From Somniosus microcephalus (Eukaryota): a stretch of DNA of 64,000 nt. Under the pieces are notes generated by a model. That model saw only the letters and a program-made list of their open reading frames with translations. It had not been told where the DNA came from and made no database searches. The stretch lies in the NCBI GenBank assembly GCA_052327205.1, contig CM126210.1, positions 60,450,001 through 60,514,000 of the forward strand. Reading direction: 5' to 3'. Below are positions 47,301 to 57,069 of this stretch, in pieces. Both the position numbers and the translations under genes were made by a program. How positions within the stretch are numbered: the stretch's first letter is position 1; each line of letters opens with the position of its first letter.

Positions 47301-47468
47301 GTTGCATGGTTACCATTACTGATACTAGCTTTTTAATCCAGATTTATTTAATTAACTGAATTTAAATTCCTCAGCTGCTGTGGTGGGATTTGAACTCACA
47401 TCTCTGGATCATTAATCCAGGCCTCTGGATTACTAGCCCAGTGACATTACCACTATGCTACCATTCCC
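44333..47468 (-). mobile_element. Single-ORF APE-RT non-LTR retrotransposon with tRNA-type 5' head (clade unresolved, CR1/L2-group-like)
   Basis: A-box 47450-47460, B-box 47387-47395. Frameshifted APE fragments at 46351-47040. RT ORF 44394..45833 (NYRPISLL, LDIKAAFDRVWH, PRGSVLGP, FADD). Terminal T6 at 44333-44338. Confidence 0.92.
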
Positions 47469-48339
47469 TGTTGACAACACTACTCTATCTTACATAGGAC
47501 CCACCAAGGTGTGCGTATCTGCGCTGGTACTGGGTGTGCTTTGGTCTGGTGACAGTGCACCCTCAGAGGCTGGAGGCTGCTCTGAGGAGTCGTCTTCCTC
47601 CTCCGGCTGGACATGCGGGGGGTACTCTTGATGGACCTATGGGAGAGTAAAGAGATGATTTAGAAATGTTATATTAATGATGGGTAATGTTACCTTTATG
47701 CACATGATGAACATTCACTGGCTGCTGACATCAGTCACCATATGAGTGATTGCTGTATGCCTTGTGGCTGTATGAGATGTACCAGGTTGCTGAGAGATCC
47801 CCCTCTCTCTGTCTCCAACCGCCAGCAGTTCCACAACATTTGACAACTCCAGGGCGATCTCCTCTGCTGGAGTTAAAGTGGTGAATGACGGAGGGCTACC
47901 TCCGGTTCTCTCCCTCTCCCTGTTGTGCGCTTGTTTCGCCTGCAAGGAGGGAAAGAAGAGAAGTTTAAGTGAGAGTGATGGCATGAGTGTAAAAATGTGT
48001 GGGTTTCATCTGTAGAGGGTGACTATGAGGGAATGTGGTGCCAATGCCAAATGGCCTCCTTGTGTGGTGTTACTTGGTATGATTGCATTAGGATGAGGGT
48101 GTATGTGAGAGGTGGTTAGTCAAAGGGGGATGTGAGTATGTGCACAGAGAGGGATGGGTGGCCGTGCAAGGTATGTTGGTGTGAGTAATAACAACAGAAA
48201 ATGCTGGAAAAACTCAGCAGGTCAGGCAACATCCGTGGAGAGAAATTTGAGTTGACGTTTCGGGTTTGACCCTTCTTCAAAACTGGAGAGAAAAGGAACT
48301 GGATCGAAGGCAGGGCTGCGATCGGACCCTTTCTCCCGC

Positions 48340-50328
48340 TTGCAGAATTCCCATTCTACCTGGACCCCTCCCCCTGGCCTCTTACCCTCTCTAGATCTTT
48401 TCATCGCTAACTGCCGACGTGACATCGGCCGTCTCCATTTCTCTGCTCCCCTCACTCACTCCAACCTACCTCCCTCTGAACTTGCAGCACTCCATTCTCT
48501 TAGATCCAACCCTGACATTGTCATTAAACCTGCTGACAAGGGTGGTGCTGTTGTTGTTTGGCGTACTGACCTCTACCTAGCGGAAGCTGAACGCCAACTC
48601 TCCGACACCTCCTCCTACCTCCACCTGGACCATGACCCCACTACCGAACATCAAACCACCGTTTCCAAGACTGTCACTGACCTCATCTCCTCTGGAGATC
48701 TTCCCCCCGCTGCCACCAACCTCATAGTTCCCCAACCCCGCACAGCCCGCTTCTACCTCCTTCCCAAGATCCACAAACAGGACTGCCCTGGTAGACCCAT
48801 CGTTTCAGCCTGTTCTTGCCCTACGGAACTTATCTCTTCCTATCTTGACTCTATCTTTTCTCCCCTTGTCCAGTCTCTTCCCACCTACATCCGCGACTCT
48901 TCGGACGCCCTCCGCCACTTTAACAGTTTCCAGTTTCCTGGCCCCAACCGCTTCCTTTTCACCATGGACGTACAATCCCTCTACACCTCCATCCCCCACC
49001 CGGATGGCCTGAGGGCACTCCGCTTCTTCCTTGAACAGAGGCCCGACCAGTCCCCATCCACCACGACCCTCCTCCGCCTGGCTGAACTTGTTCTCACATT
49101 GAACAACTTCTCCTTTAACTCCACTCATTTCCTCCAAATCAAAGGTGTTGCCATGGGTACCCGCATGGGTCCTAGCTATGCCTGCCTTTTCGTGGGCTAT
49201 GTGGAACAATCTTTGTTCCAGTCCTACTCGGGTCCCCTCCCTCACCTCTTTTTCCGATACATTGATGACTGTATCGGTGCCGTTTCCTGCTCTCGCCCCG
49301 AACTTGACAATTTCATTCACTTTGCCTCCAATTTCCACCCTTCCCTCACCTTCACATGGTCCATCTCTGACTCTTCCCTTCCCTTCCTCGACTTCTCCGT
49401 CTCCATCTCTGGGGATAGGTTATCGACCAATATTTACTACAAGCCCACTGACTCCCACAGCTACCTGGACTACACTTCCTCCCACCCCGCTTCCTGTAAG
49501 GACTCTATTCCATTCTCCCAGTTTCTCCGCCTCCGCCGTATCTGCTCCGACGATGCCACCTTCCACACCAGTGCTTCAGACATGTCTTCCTTTTTCCGCA
49601 ACCGAGGATTCCCCTCTACCGTGGTTGACACTGCCCTCGACCGCGTCAGTTCTATCTCCCGCACCTCTGCCCTCACCCCTGCCCCTCCCTCCCGGAACCA
49701 CGATAGGGTTCCCCTTGTCCTCACCTTTCACCCCACCAGCCTCCACATTCAACGGATCATCCTCCGGCATTTCCGCTACCTCCAAAGTGATCCCACCACC
49801 AAACGTATCTTCCCCTCCCCTCCCCTTTCAGCATTCCGCAGGGACCGCTCTCTCCGAGACGCCCTAGTCCACTCCTCTATCACCCCAAACAGCCCTTCCC
49901 CTTCGCCTGGCACCTTCCCGTGCAAGCGGAGGAGATGTAACACCTGCCCCTATACCTCCCCCCTCCCCACTGTCCAGGGCCCCAAACACCCCTTCCAGGT
50001 GAAACAGTGATTTACTTGTACTTCTTGCAATCTAGTATACTGTATTCGCTGCTCACGATGCGGTCTCCTCTACATTGGGGAGACCAAACGCAGATTGGGT
50101 GACCGCTTTGCGGAACACCTCCGTTCAGTCCGTAAGGGTGACCCCGAGCTTCCGGTCGCCTGTCATTTCAATTCACCGCTCCATTCCCACTCGGACCTCA
50201 CCGTCCTTGGCCTCTTGTACTGTTCCACGGAAGCTCAACGTAAACTCGAGGAACAGCACCTCATCTTCCGATTAGGCACTCTGCAGCCTTCCGGTCTCAA
50301 TATCGAGTTCAACAATTTCAGATCATAA
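48340..50328 (+). pseudogene. Penelope RT/GIY-YIG ORF with a single nonsense codon
   Basis: IKPADKGG, LPKIHK, GVAMGT, RYIDD; TGA at 50008-50010. Confidence 0.9.
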
Positions 50329-50562
50329 CCTCGGCCCCTATTTCATTTTTACTTATATTTTTCCACTCCTTTCCTCCCCCCCCCCCTTTCCTTTTGTTTC
50401 TCTCTCACACCTGGCAGCTATCTTTTGCCCTGCCAGTACACTTTACACCTAATCCCAGCCTATTACCATCTCGTCTAGCTTCTAATCTCTTTTACTTCTT
50501 TTGGTTCTTTTATTCTTTTGTCCGATCGCAACCCTGCCTTCGATCCAGTTCCTTTTCTCTCC

Positions 50563-50597
50563 AGTTTTGAAGAAGGGTCAAACCCGAAACGTCAACT
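50563..50597 (+). ncRNA. Minimal type I hammerhead ribozyme motif (mirror copy 48250-48284 on - strand)
   Basis: AGTT-TTGAAGA-AGGGT-CAA-ACCC-GAAA-CG-TC-AACT; U instead of C at the first core position. Confidence 0.65.
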
Positions 50598-51451
50598 CAA
50601 ATTTCTCTCCACGGATGTTGCCTGACCTGCTGAGTTTTTCCAGCATTTTCTGTTGTTATTTCGGATTTCCAACATCTGCAGTATTTTGCTATCGTATTGG
50701 TGTGAGTAATGATGTGCAGGAGCAGGCTTGGGAAGGCAGAGTGATGGGGATGTGGTGACGGGCACAGCAGGATGAAGTTGAGTGTGGCTTTGCACTCACC
50801 TTTCCTGATCTCATGAGATCATTGAAGCACTTCTGGCACTGCACCCAGGTTCGCCTCACCACATCCCTGCTGTTCACCTCCCCAGCAATTTGGAGCCAGG
50901 CTCTTTTTGTCTCTTGGGGAGGTCTCTTCTGCCCATCAGCAGCGAAGAGGACCTCCCTGTGTGCTCTGACTCCCTCTACAAGAATAGGTAGGAAGTCATC
51001 TGAAAACCTGGGTGCAGCCCTCTGTCTTTGTGAAGTCATGTTTTGAAGTGTAAGCAATGAGAAGATCCTGCAATATCCTCCCTGCACACTCCTAGATGAA
51101 CCTTCAAATGCTGGAAATGAGTCATCGATTACATCATCAGACCAGCACCATTTAATAGGGCCGGGAAATGTGCACGTCTGCCTTAATAGGCGCCATTAAC
51201 TGAAAGTCGCCCTGAGGAGCGGGATCATCAAAACGTGGTTCTGACCCGTCACGCAGCCCGCATGCACCCGACCCGACTCGGTAAGGAAAATTCCGGCCTG
51301 TGTGTTCATCAGTCTCATTGTGTGGAAGCAGCCACAAGCAGCCCACACCACAAAACAGTTCCACAGGATAGTGACTACCTGATCATCTGGGGCCACTCTG
51401 CACTGCACTCACATTGCATTAAAGGAATGTCACTGTAACAGAACAGGTACC

Positions 51452-51865
51452 AGCCTTGGCTCAGTTAGTAGCACTCTCACCTCTGAGTCAGAAGGTTGTG
51501 AGTTCAACTCCCATTCCAGAGACTTGGGCGGACACTCCCAGTGCAGTACTCAGAGAGTGTTGCACTGTTAGAGGGGCTGTCTTTCAGAAGAGACGTTAAA
51601 CCATGGTTCCGTCTGCTCTCTCAGGTGCACTATTCGAAGAAGAGCAGGGGAGTTCCTCCCGGTGTCCTGGCCAATATTTATTCCTCAATCAACAACTAAA
51701 AACAGATTGTCATTGTCTCATTGCTGTTTGCGGGATCTTGCTTGTGCGCAAATTGGCTGCTGCGTTTCGCTGCATCTCAACAGTGACTACACTTCAAAAA
51801 GTAATTCATTGTCTGTAAAGGGCTTTGGGACATCCTGAGGTGGTGACAGATGCTGTATAAAGGTG
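51452..51865 (+). mobile_element. DeuSINE (SacSINE1-like)
   Basis: A/B boxes, core and tail. Confidence 0.85.
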
Positions 51866-52467
51866 CGATGAATGCCAGTATTGCCAGCGTCAGCCACACC
51901 CCGAGAACAAGTTGTCTGAGAGTGCTGAATTTATGGTTTCTGTTCGGCAGATATTCACCACGTTATCTTCATAGAATTATACAGCACAGAAGGAGGCCAT
52001 TCAGTCCATTGTGCCTGTGCCAGCTCTTTGAAAGAGCCATCCAGTTCTTTCTTTCTTTAACTGGTAGAAATGGGCTGTATGAGTCCAAAGTTAGCATGTA
52101 AGGTCAAAGTGTTGTTCTGACTTCAGGAATAATCAAAATATATTCACATTTTCATCAAATGATGGATTAATCCTAGACATAATGGCCCTGAAGATGGCCC
52201 CTTGGAGCTGCTCCCGCTCCACGCCGCCGTACTGCAGGAATCCCCACCACTTGGTTTGTGTGCTGATACATGATTGAGGTATCCTCAACTACATCAAGCT
52301 ACACAGACAGCACAGTAAGTACTACAACATTCTCCCATTCTGCAGAAGCACCTGCCCACTCCACAAACTATTAGTTTGTTTAACTAGTTTTACTATTAAA
52401 AGGAACCAACGAGAGATTTTTTTTAATTTGTGAAAACACCACCATAAACCTTCTGTCTTGATGTTAC

Positions 52468-52674
52468 CTGTGCACAGCGGCAAAGGCTCCTTGGATCCAA
52501 GAAGGAGAAGATGTACAAAGCCAGCACTCTGGGAAGGAAACAAGTGAAGTCCAGAGCCTCCGCAGGAACTCTGCTATGCAAATGTTGCTCACAGAATTTC
52601 AACTGAGAGACAGAACATCTTTCAAACAGGTCGAGAAGAATCTTGCGACGCTGTGAGTCAGTCCACTTGTCAAA
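52468..52674 (-). CDS. FBXO16: FBXO16 F-box-containing exon
   Basis: ttcag|TTT ... CAG|gtaac. Encodes FDKWTDSQRR..AEALDFT..LPRVL.LYIFSFLDPRSLCRCAQ. Confidence 0.95.
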
Positions 52675-52811
52675 CTGAACAAGGAAGCAAGAGAAAGTAA
52701 AAACACAGTCAATCCCACTCATCACCAATGTGGTAACATCAGTTTTCCCTAATGATGCCATCCACATTGCTATCACCAAAATATCTATTATATATTAAAA
52801 ATAGTGAGCCG

Positions 52812-53250
52812 TCACTCTCCCCCTCCCCTCTCTTCCCTTCCCCTCCACTTCCCCCTCTCCCCTCCCACCCTACCCTTCCTCTCCCCCTCCAATCTTCCTC
52901 TCCTCTTCACATTTCTCTCATCTTCCATTCTTCTCCATCCCCTTTATCATCCATCTTTCCCCTCCCCTCCCTTCTTCCCTCTCCCCTTCTCCTCCCTCCC
53001 CTGTACTCCTCATTCCCCTTAATTCTCCCTTCAAACCCACTGCACCTCCCCCTCTCCTCACCCGCCCCTCCAACCTCCTTTCCTCCTCTTCTCCCCTTTC
53101 CTCATTTCCCCCTCTGCTCTTCTCTTTGACCCCTCCTTGCCTCTCCCCATCCTCACTCTCTCCACTCCTCTCTCCTTTCCCCTCCCCTCTCCTTCCCCTT
53201 CTCTCCTCCACCCTCCTCTCCTCTGCCCTCATCTTTTACTCCTCCGCTAC
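52812..53250. repeat. Polypyrimidine low-complexity tract
   Basis: About 440 bp almost entirely C/T on the + strand. Confidence 0.9.
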
Positions 53251-54784
53251 TCTTGTATGCAAAGCCACAGGAGATCAACTAGTAACTTCTTGAAGATAAA
53301 ATCATTGGAAAAAATTTATAAATGTAATCATAATTTGATATTGGCACCAAGGCTCGCTCTGGAAATTAATTCTGGTGAGTTAATAGTTTTTTTTGTTTGT
53401 TAATTTTCTGTTTTGTAGATAAGCCTTCTTACCCCTTCCTCTTCCTGCTGTCCCCATGTAATGCATAACCTGCAGCTGAGAGGACGGGTTAGCATGAAAG
53501 AAGCCATTCAGAGGTGTGTGCAGTGACAAATACATTCATGTGGTGTACCTCACTTAATTGGCAATCAACAACATGCACGTCCATGAGAAGATTAATAAAG
53601 ACAAAGCACAACAATCCCGAGGGCTCACTCGACAGAGAAATACACCGTGTGCTGTAGTACTGTGCCATGGTGACTAAGAAAGTCCCAATTTTGATCCCTG
53701 GTCTAAACCAAGTTAGCGGAGCTCTGCTGGGAGGCTGTGGGTTGCTGCAATTGGTTTCAGTGTCCCGAGTGAGGAAGTGGAGAAAGAATGACTGGCAGTC
53801 GCTATCTGCTGGAAGTGTGTGTACATTGGGTACTGAGTGAGTCTCACTGCCTAATAGACCTCCAACACTCACTATCCAAGCGCACCCAGCCACTTGGGAG
53901 TGGTACATGAGGAATGTGTCTGCTTTTGGAACCATAGCCCAGCTTGAGTCAATGCCAGTGGGAGAGGAGAAGGTAAAGGTGAACCACAGTTCTACATCAC
54001 ACGGCAGGACATATTATGGCATAAAGAGATAGGACATTCTGAGGAGTGTATTGTACAACATTGCTAAATCTTCAATAAAACAGAAATGCATCTCGCAAAA
54101 GCCGAACGTGTGTTTTACGATGGCCGAGGATAAAGCGATGAATTTATCAGCTAGGGTTTCAGTTCATACCCATTTTAATAGCCTTCTATTGCTGCACCAC
54201 ATTCTGGGAAAACAGGTATTAGGATCTGCACCTACAATTAGATACAATGGACTGGCTCAGACTTGTAATATCACCTGGGGAGGGGGGTGGGCGGCCTTAC
54301 ATATGTGTCAGGACCAGCTCCACATGCAGCCAATACTGAACAAATCAAAAGCCCAGCAAGCCCCCACATTCAATTGCTAGTCTGTGCTGAGTTAAACAAT
54401 CTCAGCCAGGGCATGACAGGCATGCTACAAATGGCACTGGTGTTCCAAGGATAGGAGGGGGAAAAAAATCAGCCAGGGTTCATACTACTGAACTTACTGA
54501 CCCTGGACAGAGAATGTGTCTGTCTGGATGTGGTGACTGGCCATGACTGCGAGCGCCACCCGCCGCCCCCCCCCCCCCCAAGCTGAATGGCCCACCAACA
54601 GTTGATGTTCAGACTCACGCATGAAGATGGCCATTTGGCTGAGGGCCATTATCAACCATGGAAAAGTACCCCAGTGTGATTCATCTCCAGGAAAGCCCTT
54701 ACTAAACTCTTGCAAAAGACCCACCACTTGCTCCCTCAACTACTTCTTGACCCAGCTCTTGACCACTCACCTATATTTGTGTCA

Positions 54785-54997
54785 GCTGTGGCTCAGTTGG
54801 TAGCACTCTCGCCTCCGCGTCAGAAGGTTGTGGCTTCAGGTCCCACTCCAGAAACATGAGCACAAAATATAACTTCACGCTCTGGTGCAGTACTGAGGGA
54901 GTGCTGCATTGTCGGAGCTGCCATCTTTCGGATGAGACGCTAAGCCAAGGCCCCGCCTGCTCCCTCAGGTGGACGTAAAAGATCCCATGGTGCTATT
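54785..54997 (+). mobile_element. DeuSINE 5' half
   Basis: tggctcagttggtagcactctc...gatcccatgg, truncated by a CR1. Confidence 0.85.
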
Positions 54998-56628
54998 TTT
55001 GATCCAAGGGAAAGTGACAAGTTGGACCCAAAATTGGCTCAGTGGCAGGAAGCAAAGGGTAATGGACGACGGGTGTTTTTGTGACTGGAAGGCTGTTTCC
55101 AGTGGGGTTCTGCAGGGCTCAGTACCAGGTCCTTTGCTTTTTGTGGTATATATCAATGATCTAGACTTCAATTTAGGGGGCATGATTAAGAAGTTTGCAG
55201 ATGATACAAGAACTGGCATGTAGTTGATAGTGAGGAAGAAAGCTGTAGACTGCAGAAAGATATCAATGGACTGGTCAGGTGGGTGGAAAAGTGGCAAATG
55301 GAATTCAATCCGGAGAAGTAAGAGGTAATGCATTTGAGGAGGGCTAACAAGGCAAGGGAATACACAATAAATAGTAGGATACTGAGAAGTGTAGAGGAAC
55401 AGAGGGACCTTGGAGTGCATGTCCACAGATCCCTGAAGGTAGCAAGACAGGTAGATAAGGTGGTTAAGAAGGCATACAGAATACTTTCTTTTATTAGCTG
55501 AGGCATAGAATATAAGAGCAGGAAGGTTGTGCTTGAACTGTATAAAACACTAGCTCGGCCACAACTAGAGTACTGTGTGCAGTTCTGGTCACCACATTAC
55601 AGGAAAGATGTGATTGCATGAGAGAGGGTACAGAGGAGATTTACAAGGATGTTGCCAGGACTGGAGAATTTTAGCAATGAGGAAAGATTGGATAGGCTGG
55701 GGTTGTTTTTTTTTTGGAACAGAGGAGGCTGAGGGGAGACTTTATTGAGGTGTATAAAATTAGAACGCGAATGCTGCCAATGATCCGGAAGCATTCTGCG
55801 CATGTGCGCTGCCGGTTCGTCATGGGAGTGGGTTCGTTAAATTTTTTTTTACAAAGCCGGGAAGGGAGCGGGCTGCTGAGAAAAAGCTGGGAAGGGAGCG
55901 GGCTGCTGAGAAAAAGCCGGGAAGGGAGCGGGCTGGTGAGAAAAAGCCGGGAATGGAGCGGGCTGGTGAGAAAAAGCCGGGAAGGGAGCGGGCTGGTGAG
56001 AAAAAGCCGGGAAGGGAGCGGGCTGGTGAGAAAAAGCCGGGAAGGGAGCGGGCTGGTGAGAAAAAGCCGGGAAGGGAGCGGGCTGGTGAGAAAAAGCCGG
56101 GAAGGGAGCGGGCTGGTGAGAAAAAGCCGGGAAGGGAGCAATCTCGTTAGCGTGATGGTTTTTTAAAAAGCAGAAACATCATGCTTCTGGTTATTGGAGA
56201 CCGTACTGGTTGTTGGAGTGCGCAGTATGCTTCTGCGCAGCTGCCAGTTCATTGGCAATAGTCACTTCAACAAAATTATGAGGGGCCTAGATAGAGTGGA
56301 TAGAAGGACCTATTTCCCTTAGCAGAGAGGTCAATAACCAGGGGGCATAGAGTTAAAGTAATTGGTAGAAGAATGAGAGGGGAGTTGAGGAGAACTTTTT
56401 TCACCCAGAGGGTGGTGGGGTCTGGAACTCACTGCCTGAAAGGGTGGTAGGGATAGAAACCCTCATCAAATTCAAAAAGTACTTGGATATGCACTTGAAG
56501 TGCTGTAACCTACAAGGCTATGGACCAAGTGCTGGAAAGTGGGATTAGGCTGGGTAGGGCTTTTTCGGCCGGCACAGACACGGTGGACCAAATGACCTCC
56601 TTCTGTGCCATAAATTTCTATGATTCTC
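54998..56628 (+). mobile_element. CR1, 5'-truncated, interrupted at about 55761-56272
   Basis: QGSV.GP..FADDT motifs; CR1 sequence gtgtataaaatt|atgagggg rejoins across the insert. Confidence 0.9.
55853..56139. repeat. 30-bp minisatellite (gaagggagcgggctggtgagaaaaagccgg)
   Basis: About 9.5 near-identical units, which explain the repetitive ORFs 55671.., 55714.. and 55953.. Confidence 0.97.
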
Positions 56629-57069
56629 TGAGTTCCTTGACCCAATGTTTAGACATTGTCAACCCCTTCCTTTCTTTATACTGTCATTTCCCCTTTCATA
56701 ACTACCACCATCAACCATCTCCCTAAAATCCACCCTCTCCCTAAAAACCCCACCCTCTACCCCTCCATCTTCTCCAACTACCACCCCAACTCTAACCTCC
56801 CATCCTTTCTAAGGCCATCAAACACATTATTGCCTCCCAACTCCACATCCACCTCTTTGCACCACTCCCTGTTCAAATCCTTTTTCTACTTCTGCAATGC
56901 TCACAGAAAAAATGATTACCCTGGTCAAAGTCGCCCATGATATCCTGAATGACTATCTAAGTGGCACACTGTCCTTCTGCATCCTCTTCCTGGCCTTTGA
57001 TACGCCCGACCAGACTCCACCTAACTGCCTTTTTTCTGTGGTCCACCATATGGCTCCACTCCCACTATC

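Larger units (their letters stand above)
48190..50696 (+). mobile_element. Penelope-like retroelement (second family) with inverted 5' copy of its 3' end
   Basis: ORF 48340..50010 continues in frame past one TGA to 50328 (LVYCIRC..YIGET..GLN). 48187-48327 is inverted at 50520-50660. 14-bp TSD TTGGTGTGAGTAAT (48176-48189, 50697-50710). Confidence 0.95.
43602..51039 (-). pseudogene. Harbinger Myb/SANT-like DNA-binding protein gene (exons 51039-50800, 47939-47783, 47636 onward; disrupted by LINE)
   Basis: RAAPRFSDD..LVEGV..W..IA.EVN..RTW.QC.K.FNDL; exon 2 HNRERERTGG. Canonical GT/AG junctions. Confidence 0.82.
41082..51298 (+). mobile_element. Full-length PIF/Harbinger DNA transposon with two nested retroelements
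   Basis: Perfect 14-bp TIRs GGCCGGAATTTTCC / GGAAAATTCCGGCC, 3-bp TSD TGT (41079-41081, 51299-51301), convergent transposase and Myb/SANT genes. Confidence 0.93.

Noticed and set aside
52752-53232. Pro/Ser-rich and Glu/Arg/Gly-rich ORFs
   Set aside because: Translation of the low-complexity C/T tract.
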